Positions 13,301 through 24,913 of a stretch of 64,000 bases of DNA are shown piece after piece; the stretch's first letter is position 1, and each line of letters begins with the position of its first letter. The stretch is taken from positions 28,024,001-28,088,000 of the forward strand of contig NC_083289.1 of NCBI RefSeq assembly GCF_963506605.1, in the 5' to 3' direction. The stretch comes from Zootoca vivipara. Lineage: Eukaryota. Below the pieces are notes generated by a model that saw only the letters and a list, made by a program, of their open reading frames with translations, was not told the DNA's origin and searched no databases. Both the position numbers and the translations under genes were made by a program.

Positions 13301-16300
13301 GATTAACCAACAGCATCTCCTGGCAACAAAAGTCCTCCTCCCACCCCCTATTATGTATTTATTTCATAACATCTATATATCACATGACTGTAGAAAACCT
13401 CAAAGTGGTTTATAAAAAGAATAAGACAGTAAGATTATTGGTACAAACAACACATTCTAAAAATTAAAACCAGCAATAAACTAAAAACACACCAGCCTTT
13501 TAAATATATGGGTAGGCTTGGCTACACAAAAATGTTTTCAGCAGACACCGAAAAGAGTAGAATGAAGGTGCCTGCCTGATATCGCCACACTAGAAGATCC
13601 ATTTCTTATAAATGCAGAACAGGTATTATATGGCACTTGGAACAGTGCCAATTCTGCAGATGGAAGTGGTCGAGTGAGCGTATCTGGGTTAAGGCAATCT
13701 CACAGGTAAATTATTAAGGGCTTTGCATACTAATAGTAACTTTTTGAACCTGTCTCGGTAGCAAATCAGCAACCAGTACAGATTTCTGAGGACGGGTGCT
13801 ATATGCTGACAAGTTTTTGCTCCTTTCAGCAATCAAGCTGCAGCATTCTGTGCTAGCTTCAGCTTCCAGATCAGGTGCAAGGGAAGCCCCATATAGAGTG
13901 CACTGCAGTAATCCAGTCTTGAAGCAACCAGTACCTGAACAACAGTAACTGGGTGTCTCTGGCCAAGCTGATGGGCTGTTGTGACGCTTTCAATGTCTGT
14001 CAGCAACTAAGCGCTGAGCAGCACTCTCCGCCACCTCTGCACTACTTCATTTGCCCCCCCATGCCTTCCCAGCACCCCCTACCAGAAGCAGCAGGGGGTC
14101 AGGCCTACCTGACATAGTCCTCGCACAGCCGGTGAAAATTCTCCCGTTCCCCGTCACACTTCAGGTCCCCGAAGAGCTTGCTGAGGAGGACGGCTGCGCT
14201 CATGTGAGTATTCTCTGTCACCCGCAGGCCCCCAGGACTGTGGCTCACTGTGCCCCCCACCTCCAGGATCTGCTTGAGACCTAGCAAGGACAGACATGCT
14301 CACTGGCGCTGGCGAGGGACCCAGGCCAGGAAGAGGAGGAGCTCAGGAATGGGCTAGACGTACCCTGGTCAATGACCCAGAGGGTCAGGCAATTGTTTGG
14401 GTCCTTCAGCGACTTCCGGGGCACCACACTGATCAGCAGGTTGAGGATGCTGTCCCGGCCATAGGAGGAAATGTTCTCCCGTGTCAGGGCTTCCAGCAGC
14501 TGCTTGAGGAGCAATTTCAGCTCTTTGGATGTATCTACAGGAGCAGAATCAAGTTGAGGAGGTCTGAGCCTCCTCTGCTCCAGGCCAGCATTCGCAGCCC
14601 AGTCCCACCCAAGGCATCAGCACAAAGATGAGCTTGGCACGACACAAAGTGGATGCTGAGCCCAGCAGGGAGGTACCCAAGAGACTCACCCAAGACCACA
14701 GCTTCCTCCTTGCCACGCACGTCCCTCTGCAGCCCCTCCTTGAGGGCATCAAACATAACCTGCAGCAGGTTGTAGGATGCCAGCGAGACTTGCTCGTCCT
14801 CCATCTCTAGGATAGCAAAGAGGCGCTGCGGCCCCAGCTCAGCCAGGATCACTGCAGTCTGAAAGAAGGGCAGCATCCACTGAGACTTGGGGAGGAATCC
14901 AGGCCTGTCTCTCAAGAACCAGTTACCTCCCCAACAATGCTCAGAGCAGAGCTGGATACCTGCCTAGTAGGCAACTCCACAAGTGCAACTGTGGTTTGTC
15001 AGTAGGAACTCTGGGGACCCATAAACTTACCCAAGGAGACAGAGTTCAGGGTTTTTTAAAAAAAATATATTAGAGGAATATCTATGTTATCTTGCAGCAT
15101 GTATTACTTGAGGATTCAACAGTCTTGCTAGCCCCCTGTCCCCTGACTTCCAGTTCAACCCCCTGAAATGCAGGAATCACAGCTAAAGTATCCCTGACAG
15201 GTGGCCATTCAAACTCTGCTTTAAAACCTCCAATGAAGGAGAGTCCACCACCTGGAGGGTGTCCATTCCAAGAGGTTGAACAACACCAGGCTCAGGACAG
15301 AACCCTGCAGTACCCCGCTTGTCACTGGACAAGGAACTGTTGGGGAGCACTCTTAGTGAATCACTGGTGGTTAGCCAGACTCCAGCAAATAGGAAACCAG
15401 AGATTTCCTCTCAACACTGGAGCAGCAGAGAGGGAGGGGTGAATCCATCCCCTTTCCCAGGCTAAAAAATGGGTGAAAACTCAACTCTGTGCCTGCCAGG
15501 TGGATGGGGTTGCAACCTATAAGCAGGTGCAGAGGCAGAGAAAGCCCAAGTGCCTCTGCAACCCCTCCCTGGCTCTGTGCTGGAGGAGGACAGAAGAGAC
15601 CATTTGGTTTGCCTCTGACCTCCTTAGGCATTTCAAAGACGCAGTACAAGGTCAGGGACAAGTTCCAGGCACACACACCCTCAGAGAAGTGGCATGCCCT
15701 TGAAGCAACAGGTTTTGGAGAGAGTTTTATGCATAACCTGTCAGCAAACGGACTGAACCTGTTAACCCCCCCCCCAAAAAAAAAGAGTGAAGAAGCTTTC
15801 ATCTTAAAAAGTGAACATACCCGAGAACGATGCCCACTGCAAAGGCCAGTGAGGGTTCGCACAGCTGCTAGCACCGTGTCCGCCCGACCTGTATCTAGCA
15901 GCTGTAGCAAGAGGCGCACCCCGTCATTCTGGAAAATCTTCTCAGCACCAGGCTCCTCACGAGCCAAAACAATCAAATTCTGAGCTGCCTAGACAGGAGA
16001 AGAGCCAGTTAGCTAGACAATTCACTTTAACCACTCCCCATCAGGCCACACAGCTGATGGAGGGGCACAGCCAGAAGTTAGGGCTATAGAGGTTTGGAGA
16101 TCCTGGCCCATAATTCCATTGTCCTTGCTTCTCTAAGAGCCATGGGGGTGAGGATCTCCTCCTTGGGCAGAGTTCCAGGTGCATTTTATGTTATGAACCA
16201 CCCTGTGATTGTTGGATGAAGGGCGGTATACAAATCCCATGAGACAGAATGAATCACTCTACACTGAGACTGATAGTATTAAAATAAGCACCACCCTAAT

Positions 16301-18085
16301 ATATTCTGGTTTTGTCAGTCACGGAAAAGGAAGTTACGGTACAATGACTCAAAGTCCTCCTTCCTCCCTCAGGTATCCTGATCCAGGCATCAGAATCAAA
16401 AGCCCTCTGGCTTTTGCCTACAGGCAACTTTGGAAATGCAAAACTTGTATTTTGAAATAGAAAACAGAATTGAAGACTGCCTAATTCTACAACTGCATCC
16501 CACATATGTACAGTTGCAGCACCCCCAAAGTTGCTCTTCATCAGGGCACATCACACCTCCCACTTGCTTGCTGGTTAGAGGCGTACCTTTTGTTTCTTGT
16601 CCAGATCTTTTTCTTCAGGGTCGAGCAGCAACTTAAACATCTGCTCCACTTTGGAGTCTGTGCGGGACATGGCTGTCATCTGAGGCAAACAGGCAGTTGG
16701 TGAGAAACCCCACAGTCATACTTCAGAATCCCAGTACACACCTGAAGCCCAGAATCTTTCCTGGGTGGAGAGCTAGGCTGCCCCGCAAGGGAGGCGCCTA
16801 CCCTCACAATGCCCCTACTCCCCCAATGCTTCTCCTACCTTCTCATGCATGCTGCTGCCAAGGTTGCGCAGAGCCTCCTGGAAGGCCTTGTTCTTGGGCT
16901 CCAGGCTCACACACCTCTGCAGGTCCATGAGGGCCTGGTCGAGGCGGCCCAGTTTCTGCAGGGCTTGGCTGCGCCGGAAGAGGCTCTTCACGTCATGCCC
17001 ATCAGCTTCTATGGCTGTGAACAGGCAAGAAAGTATTAAGAGGCAGCAAAGAGGCTTCTGCAGAGAAAGTGACTTTGGAAGGAGAGTAGTCCCCCACCCC
17101 ACCCCTTGCAGCTCACCTTTAGAAGCATCCAGTTCTGCCTGGACATAGTCCTCCTGCAAAAGAAGCAGAATGCCAGAGAGGCATTGGTGAAAGGAGATGT
17201 AACGGGGGGTGGGAAGTGAGGGGAGAAGAGGGGGAACAGCTCCTGCCCCTTCCCAGAAATACTCGAGGAACTCAGGCTGAAAATGACAGCCCTGACTATC
17301 TTTCTGGGGGACACCTGTCGAATCCTAAATTCTCTGGAGGTTACAGGAGAAGGAGGAGGCAAGGGATCAGGCTGGCCTCTCACTATATGACCTCTGTCTT
17401 CCCGGTACTTCATAGCCAGACAGCCATGCCCAAGGGCTCCCCTTGACTGCGCATAAAGACATCTCAGCTTCTAAGGAGCAGTAGGGTGAGAAGAAGCCCA
17501 CCTAAAGGGGCTCAGCATAGTTAGAATGAGAAATGCACAGAACCGTTGACACGGGGGGCACAGGGAAGCTCTGTGACCATTTAGGGGAAAACTGACACAC
17601 ACACAATGTCTGCTACCTTCTGATGTGTGCTACGTTCACTTGAGAGCTTTGAGAACAAAAGACACGTGGGAATAATCACTTAAAATTCCCCCCCAAGAGT
17701 GTCCCCAAGAGTTTCTCCTCCTGCAGAAGTGAGCGGCAGGTAGGCAGGCTGGCAATGCCCCCCCCGGGGGGGGGCCTCCTGTAACTCAGGCAACCTTCCC
17801 GCTTTCCCCCCTTCCCCCCTCACCAGCTTGAGGTGGCAGGCGGCGCGGTTGCGGTGGAGGACAGCGCGGTGCGAGTCGGTCTCCTCGCCATCCCCAGGGC
17901 AGAGGCTGAGGGCCCGGGTGTAGGCGGCCAGCGCCTCCTCATAGCGGCCTGCCTGGAAGAGCTCGTTGCCCTCCCGGCGGAGCTCCGGGACCTGCGGAGA
18001 TAAGAGGGGCGGGGTGGATGAGCGATTCAGTTTGGGGGTCAGCTGGGCTCCCACCGTCCACCCCACTCACCGCCGTCTCCTCCAT
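7377..18085 (-). CDS. UNC45A: Protein unc-45 homolog A, myosin/Hsp90 co-chaperone (TPR, central and UCS domains; 20 exons, ~941 aa)
   Basis: Exons: 18085-18071 (MEETA), 17991-17824, 17153-17117, 17014-16839, 16679-16587, 15988-15821, 14858-14690, 14534-14364, 14280-14109, 13198-12898, 12746-12652, 12359-12218, 10752-10612, 10333-10206, 8792-8726, 8611-8498, 8395-8280, 8145-8028, 7948-7793, 7655-7377 (TGA); 2826 nt. TPR peptides [17 protein letters not shown] and [12 protein letters not shown]; UCS peptides [32 protein letters not shown] and [13 protein letters not shown]. Confidence 0.96.
10020..10163 (+). mobile_element. CR1 3'-end fragment
   Basis: Contains GGAGGTTTTAAAGCAG..GTCCCTTCC..TTCTATGATTCTATGA. 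Confidence 0.6.
11745..12060 (+). mobile_element. Degraded CR1 3' fragment
   Basis: Contains TTCAAATATATGAAGGGCT..CTAAACATTAGGAAGAAC..GGGTTGGACTAGATGACC..CAATTCTACAATTCT. Confidence 0.75.
13350..13935 (-). mobile_element. Degraded L2-clade LINE fragment
   Basis: Minus strand reads ..GACTGGATTACTGCAGTGCACTCTATATGGGGCTTCCC..AAGCTGAAGCTAGCACAGAATGCTGCAGC.., the L2 RT C-terminal DYC..LY.GLP..QNAA pattern. A related 3' end lies at ~47690-47975. Confidence 0.65.
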
Positions 18086-18230
18086 GGCGCGCTCTAGTGA
18101 CGTCACGCGAGCGCGACAGCCGCTCCCCAGCTGACCCACGTGCCACCAGCGCCTTTCTTGGAGCGCCCAGCGGAGAAGAGAGCGGGAGGCCCGCGAGCGG
18201 AGCTGCTCCACCTCCCGCCCCGCCCCGCGT
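18086..18230 (-). promoter_or_regulatory. UNC45A proximal promoter or 5'UTR in a CpG island: CRE palindrome, E-box, GC boxes
   Basis: GTGACGTCAC at 18097-18106, CACGTG at 18137-18142 and tandem CCGCCC at ~18215-18226. Lies within a CpG-rich segment (~17840-18720), immediately 5' of the UNC45A ATG (GCGCCATGG Kozak context). Confidence 0.6.
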
Positions 18231-18232
18231 AC

Positions 18233-19719
18233 CTTCTTGCCGCCTTCATGTTTCTTGCAGGGGCACCTCCCGAGGATTCGTCGGTGGAGGAGGCGGTGGA
18301 AGCTGCGCTGGTGGAGGCGGTAGAAGTGTAGGAAGTCGACCACCATGAGGGCCAGGACGAGGCAGCCGTAGAGCCCCACGCCCAGCAGCGGCCCCAACAG
18401 GCTCCTGTGGAGGGAAAGTGGGCTCAGACGGAAGGGCGGGAGGAAGAGGGGCAGAGGGGAACCCCCCAACGCCCCTCTCGCCGCCCCGTCCGTCCTTCCC
18501 CCCACAAGGGCATCTCACCGGGGCGCGGCTGGCGGAGCAGAAGCCGAGGCATTGCCGCGGAGCCTCTCAAATTCGGGCCGTGGACAGCAGGACTTGAAGC
18601 GGCGAGAGGCGGCAACGGCAGGCAGGCAGCAGTAGACGTGGGTCGGGGGGTCGGTTAGGCGTGGGCAGTAGAAGCCTGCGTGCTGGAGCCCGGCGGGGTC
18701 CAGGTAGCCCTCGCAAAGGTGCACGTTTTGGGTACCAGCTGGAAAGAGGAAGCGATTGGAACAAGCTGGGTGCTCCGTGGGCTGCCCTCCCTGCCTGGGC
18801 TCGCGGGGAGGGGGGAGGATACTGCCGCTCCAGCCCCGCTGAAAGCCCACACAGGAGAACCCCGGGGAGGGGGCAGGCAGGCCCAGGGACTGCAGTTTCA
18901 GCGTCTCTTTGGTCGCATGGCTATAGAGTGGTTGGCAGTCCTGTGGAAGAGGGCTGAACAGCGAGGGAAAGTATCCTAATAAATAAGGCTGCAAAGTCGT
19001 GGCCACTTATGCTATAGGAGAACCACTTCCTGCCCTGAGCCAGATCAGACCTCAAACAACCAGCACCCAGGTTCCGGGGACATTTGTTTCCCATAAAGAG
19101 TAAAGCCAAACCCAGTAAAGACTGAAGGTGACTGGTTCTGTGCTAAGGGATTTGAGGGTACCTAGTTCCGATCAGACAGATCTGCATTGGCAAGGCACAA
19201 AAGTCTGGTGAAGTTGTCCTTGAGTTGGAAGATGCAAGGATCTGGGAAAGGTTTTCCTCATACTGACTGGAAAACTGAGCAGAGCACCTGAAGGCAAACT
19301 GGCCTATGAACACAAGCTTAACTCTCTGTTTCAAACACATTCACACATGCACTCCAATTGTCATGCACACAAACACAGACCCATCATTCCTTGTCAACAT
19401 ACTTGGATCCTGGGTTGATTCCTTCCTCCAGCTGATGGGACATCCCAGAACAAGTGGCACCCTGCAAACAGGGCTTTTACTTAGCTCTAGGATGGCCCTG
19501 GAGCCCCTGAGAGTAAGAGTCTTGCTCGAAGCAGGTCTGCACATGGGCTGAGAAGCCCCTGGGAGGCTATAGAAACTGCAATTTCAAAGTGAGGGTTTGA
19601 CACACAAGTTGGAGCTCCTGGGGGGCTACTGGGCTGGTGGGAAAGGGAGAGAAGGGAGACCAGATGCAGGTACCTGTCCTGAGAAAGGCCAGCAGCAGCA
19701 GGCAGGGCAAGAGCAGCAT
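18233..19719 (-). CDS. SHISAL1/KIAA1644-like module (signal peptide, Shisa Cys-rich domain, TM helix); 3 coding exons in frame with UNC45A
   Basis: Exon A 19719-19674 (MLLLPCLLLLAFLRT, phase 1, GTACCT donor). Exon B 18738-18519 (AGTQNVHLCEGYLDPAGLQHAGFYCPRLTDPPTHVYCC..FKSCCPRPEF..GNAS, phase 1 to 2). Exon C 18404-18233 or 18404-18071 (LLGPLLGVGLYGCLVLALMVVDFLHFY.., phase 2 to 0). Motifs parallel SHISAL1 (CEPY..GFHCPRLSD..LCC..FKYCC..EF and [22 protein letters not shown]). Confidence 0.85.
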
Positions 19720-22700
19720 CTTCCCGGCAGCAGCAGCAGTGTTGAGGGCTGAGGCAGCTCTGACTGTCTCCTCCTAGGGAGGGAAAGCAGAGAAACCACA
19801 CTGAGCTGCCTGGCTCCCGCATCCATTACCGGGTACCATCAAGCACCTCCCTGCGCCATTAGGCCAGGCTGCACTTAACAGCTTGCCTCTGCAGGGACCT
19901 TGCCAAGCTGGGGGCAGGGAAGATCCATTAGGGAAGCGACCTGGCTAATGGGAGGGGCCAGAGTTTGGCCTAGTAGTGGGGGGAAACGATGTGGTCAGGA
20001 GCCTCCCCAGCGGGGTCTTCAGCTCAGGAGAAAGGACCAGGGGGCTTTTTACGCCAAGTCAGGCCTCCACTCAGAATCCAGGAGAGACAGACAAGCGCTT
20101 TATGGGCAGCATCCCATATTGGCGGGGGTGGGGGGCAGGCTTCAACAGAACAAACAGCCAATAATCCAGGAGCACTTCTTTGGGGTATGGGTTTTACTGG
20201 GCTAGATAATATGCATCTACTATAAGAATGTAAGAAGAGCCTACTGGATCTAGCCAGCATCCTGTTTTCATAGTGGCCAACAAGGTGCTGAACCCTAACC
20301 CTGTGGGAAATCCCCAAGCTGTAGGCAACAAAAGTTTGCATTTGGCTTCCTAATAGTGTCACTAGTGTTCTTGGTTGCATTTGTAACACTCAGTGGTTTT
20401 GACATTATCTAGATCTACGCCTTTTGATGAGGGTAACTGATGGGTCTCTAACCCTCAGTGAGTTAGGGACTTCCCCTGCATGCGAAGGCAGACTCCAGCA
20501 GAATGAGTGGACGAGACCAATAGTGGGTCCAACAGTCAAGAGGCGGTTTCTGCACATGCTGTAGAGGGAAGTGGAAGTGGGCAGATGGGACTCGTCAATC
20601 TGGGAAGGTAGCCTATCTAGGAGAAGGAAGACTCCTTGTGGGATACCTTCAGGACAAGAAAAGACTAAGGAGTAAACCCTTTAAAAATCTGAAGTGGGGT
20701 CCCCAAGACGGATGAATGGCACCTCGTACACCTGCTTCTGGAATCACCTGCAGCCAAGCTGATGCCCAATGTATTGTATTGTTTTGCTTTCCTTTGGACC
20801 ACATCAAAGAAGGGTCAGTTTCACCTAGTGGGCTTTGAAGTCCCGTCTCGTCCCCCGTCCTTGAGAGATCTTGAGGTGTCCTGCCCTTTCTAGGAAAGTC
20901 ACAACTGTTACTGAAACGTTCCAAATCTTTTCTGACTTGCAGAATGTTCTGTTGAATTTATGAAGCTGCCATACATTGAGTTCCCTCTAGGGATTCACCT
21001 GGTCCAGTATTGTTTATTTGGACTGGCAGTGGCTCTCTTAAGTTGTTGAGAAAAACCTTTTGGGGGAGATGCCACCAGGGATCGAGCCTGGGACCTTCTG
21101 TGTGCAAAGCCTGATCTCCACCCCCTGAGTGGTGGTCCTCCATTGCCTTCTCAGCTTAATCAGAGCAGGGGAGGTCCCTCTACAACCCACATCTGTAATA
21201 GGCAACAGGTAGATAATTCACACTTAAATGCAGTCATCAGTTTTGCAACTCTCTCTACAACTTTCAAATAACAGAATCAAGAATGAGTCTAAAAGGATTC
21301 TATATCCAGTCACTTCTTCAGTTTGACCCAATGTTTCACCTCCCAAAATTTCACAATATTGGATTATTATTTTTAATGGACACAGTATATGTTTGATTCT
21401 ATGGGGCATCATCCAGCAAAGTAGTTTCATTAGTGTGAGGATCTCTGGTTATATCACAGGGCTCCTTCCTTTCTTCTCCCCATGCACCCCTTAAATCTGT
21501 TCCAGAAGGGGACAACACAGGCAGAGTAAGGAGAAGTTCCACAAACAGAACAATGGAACCAGACATAATCTCTCTTGGTGTCAAAGTCCAGCTTTGGGCT
21601 ATGTTGCCATAACCACTCCATATTTCATTTCCAGGAGTTCTGCTCAGAACCTCATTTTTCATTGTCCCCAGTCAGAATTAGATTGCATTAATCATTCATA
21701 AAGCTAGCACAAGTCCTTTCAGAATTGATTGCAATTAGGGCTTCAGTTTTTCACTTAATTGGCCATACATATTTCTTTTAAGGGTGGGGTCTGTGCACGC
21801 TTGCCTATGTCCTGTCATATTTCCAGCTAATGATTCAAATGACTTTGCAGTTCTACTTTTTCCACTGCCTGCCTTTTTGTTTTCTTCCTTATGCTTGAAC
21901 TGCTCCCAGGGATTGAATCTGGGACCTTTCAATGTGCAAAGGCAGTTGCTTTGCCCACAGGTTCCATTCCTTCCTTCTGGAGATGCATAAAACCCCATGA
22001 GGCACATCCTGAGAACTCCCTTACTACTTTCACTGCCAGTGACCTAACCCCTCTGAGCTCCCAGGATGATTTTTCTATAAGGGTTGCCCCTCCACACTTC
22101 CTGCAGGATTGGCCCTTCACTCAGTGAGCTCCTGCCTTCTGTTTATACTAGGAGTTTAAGGAATAAAGGATGGGATGGGTGCTATTTCTCTCACCTTTTG
22201 AGCACATTTGCAAGGAGAGATGAGTCCTCTTGCCTGTCTACTGACTATGGGGCAGGGGGCAGGCAGGCTTGAGGCCAAGAAGCTGCTAGCTTGCCAGGCA
22301 TTGCTCCTTGCAATGAGAGATTGGCTGCTTGACAGGTGCTCCAGTCAACCTTTGCCCTGCCACCCCTCCTGAATCCCCACTTGAGACCCTGCACCACGGG
22401 TAAGGACAGGGCCTGGGAAACTACACCTGTGACCTCTTGTTCCTTCACCCATCCTCAGAGGGCTGCCACCCACCCCACAATGCCTGAGCTCAGAGGTGCC
22501 ATTCCCCTCTCAAGCATCAAAAAGCAGTCGCAGCACATGGAACCAGCCTACCTATCACTTCAGCCCAAGCCTCTCCGCAGCTGGTGTCCACATCAGTTTG
22601 CTCTCCTCCTGGCCAGGGTCTCTACGAACCCAGGTACAATCAGGTTTGGGCTGCCTTGATGCCTGCCCTATGAGACACGAATCATTTCCCTCACAAAGGG

Positions 22701-23194
22701 AAGCCACCTTTTCTGGTTCCTATCCTGGTGTCAATGCAGCTGTTCTTTCCACTGTCCCGTTGTGCAGCAAGAAGCAACAATCCAGGAGCCACCAGAGACC
22801 ATCCAGCTTGTCCAAAGCATGCCCAGGTGCTGGCTCAGTGCTGCAGATGGAATGTGGCTCTGCAGTAACCAGCATCCCCACTGGCCAGAGAGAGCGGGCG
22901 CTGCCTCTGTCCCTTCCTGGGGAGTTGCCTGAGCTTTGGTGATGTTGGTCCCCATGACAACCAGAGGTGCCCTAGAGGCAGGCGCCGCCAAGAGGGGAGG
23001 GAACTGGTGCCTGAGATGCCTAGCAAGGGCTGCTGTCTTGGCAAGTATCTGAAGAAATGTGCATGCACACGTAAGCTCATACCAATGACCAACTTGGTCT
23101 CTAATGTGCTACTGGAAGGAATTTTTTAATTTTTATTTTGTTTTGACTATGCCAGACCAACACGGCTGCCTACCTGTAACCATAATAATCATAA

Positions 23195-23597
23195 TAATTT
23201 ATTATTTATACCCCGCCTATCTGGCTGGGTTTCCCCAGCCACTCTGGGCAGCTTCCAACAAAATACAGGACCTTCAGGTCCTGTATACCTGAAGGAGGTT
23301 CTCCACCCCCATCGTCCAGCCCGGACACTGAGGTCCAGCTCTGAGGACCTTCTGGCGGTTCGCTCGCTGTGAGGTTACAGGGAACCAGGCAGAGGGCTTC
23401 TCTGTAGTGGCGCCTGCCCTGTGGAACGCCCTCCCAGCAGATGTCAAGGCAACAAGCAACTATTTTACTTTTAAAAGACAACTGAAGGCGGCCCTGTTTA
23501 GGGAAGTTTTAAATGTTTGATGCTGTATTGTTTTTAATATTCAGTTTGAAGCCGCCCAGAGTGGGCGGGGTATAAATTATTTATTATTATTATTACT
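23195..23597. mobile_element. L2-clade LINE 3' fragments
   Basis: Contains CAGAGGGCTTC..GTGGCGCCTGCCCTGTGGAACGCCCTCCC..GAAGCCGCCCAGAGT..(TTA)n. An inverted short end lies at 23195-23255; related pieces occur at ~26170-26390 and ~58640-58760. Confidence 0.65.
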
Positions 23598-24907
23598 AAA
23601 ATACAGTAGTCTGTCAAACATTAAAAGCTTCCTTAAATTGGGGGGGGGGGAAGGAGTGACCAGGGAGAGATCCTTCCCACACCTCTCTCCCCCACCCCAA
23701 GCAAACCTCACCTTTGTGGGAGTAAAATAAAAAAAAATCCTTCAGTAGCACTTTAAAGACCAACTAAGTTTTTATTTTGGTATGAGCTTTCGTGTGCATG
23801 CGCACTTCATCAGATACACTGAACCAGAAGTAGCCAGACCCTTATGTATATTCAGAGGGTGGGGGGGTGGGGTGATGGGAATGGGTGATGGGCTGATAGG
23901 AGTGGTAAATCTGTTGATGACTTTGTGGGAGTAATTAGCCAGTTATTCAAGTGAACATCCCATGCACTGCTTGGAGTTACAGGATCTCATTTGGGATTCC
24001 CTCATATTGAGCCATAATGGCTAGAGGCGGGAAAGGGGTGGCAGTACTGGAACCCACACACTGGACAGAGTGGCTTGGGCAAATCGCAGTGAGTTTTTCC
24101 ACCTGTAAAATGGGAATGCTGGCACCTGTTTGACAAATTGTTAAAAAGCAGCCGAGAGATATTTTAAACCACCTGGCTGTACAGACAGCAGTAGACACAG
24201 TCTGTCTCTGTCTTGCTTATTCTCCCTCCCACCCCCAATCCCTACCCCCACCCAGCCACCATTTTCTTCGGACAGAGAGAAGGGGAGCAAAAAGAAGCAG
24301 ATGGGGGTTCCCCTTCCCCATCCAATTTGAAATGGCTGTTCTGGGCTGTGGTAACACTAGCATTTTGCCCTGAAAAAAGCATCGAGTGTCCAGCATGCCT
24401 TTGCATTCTGAATCCTCCTACTGCAAACTTGAATCAGGAGGTGGGAAGGGAAATTGTCAGCCAAAGTTGCTCTGGATCCATTCACAGCAGGAACATTGAC
24501 ACTCAATGAGAAGGTCTTCCTGATAAGGCAATGGCACTCATACACTTTTCATTTTTGAAATTAAGCAGGGATAGGGGATTGGGCATGGCAAGAATTTTTG
24601 TGGGGGGGGGCAACCTTTTTTTGCTATGTTTTATTGAATTGTATTGATTGGGGGCCGCTGCCCCTCCCTGCTCCCCTTGGCTACACCCATAGAGGGGTGC
24701 AAGTCTCCTCAAGGATTTGAGAGGGGGGTCAAGTGGCTCCCTCTGATCACATGTCCTCCATAACCTTTCGGCTCTGGCTTTGCAGATCTAGAGGATTGTG
24801 CACACCCACACATAACTCCCCCCCCCCACACGTTCCCTTCCTGAGATCTGGACCATGAGAAGCCAGGCCCAAAGCACAACTCGAGAGGCAAACACTTGAA
24901 AAAACAT

Positions 24908-24913
24908 TTTATT
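24908..24913 (-). terminator. Candidate MAN2A2 polyadenylation signal (AATAAA)
   Basis: TTTATT on the + strand about 500 nt downstream of the MAN2A2 stop, followed on the minus strand by U/GU-rich sequence. Confidence 0.45.

Noticed and set aside
17939-18505. 188-aa single-exon ORF as a stand-alone gene
   Set aside because: Its first ~33 codons are intron sequence (pyrimidine tract and AG at 18405) and its tail is UNC45A intron 1. Only the middle part is the Shisa-like TM exon.
20455-20760. Possible 5' fragment of an RTE-type LINE (GGGAAGGTAGCCTATCTAGGAGAAGGAA motif)
   Set aside because: The resemblance is short, with no ORF or TSD to support it; it needs RepeatMasker.
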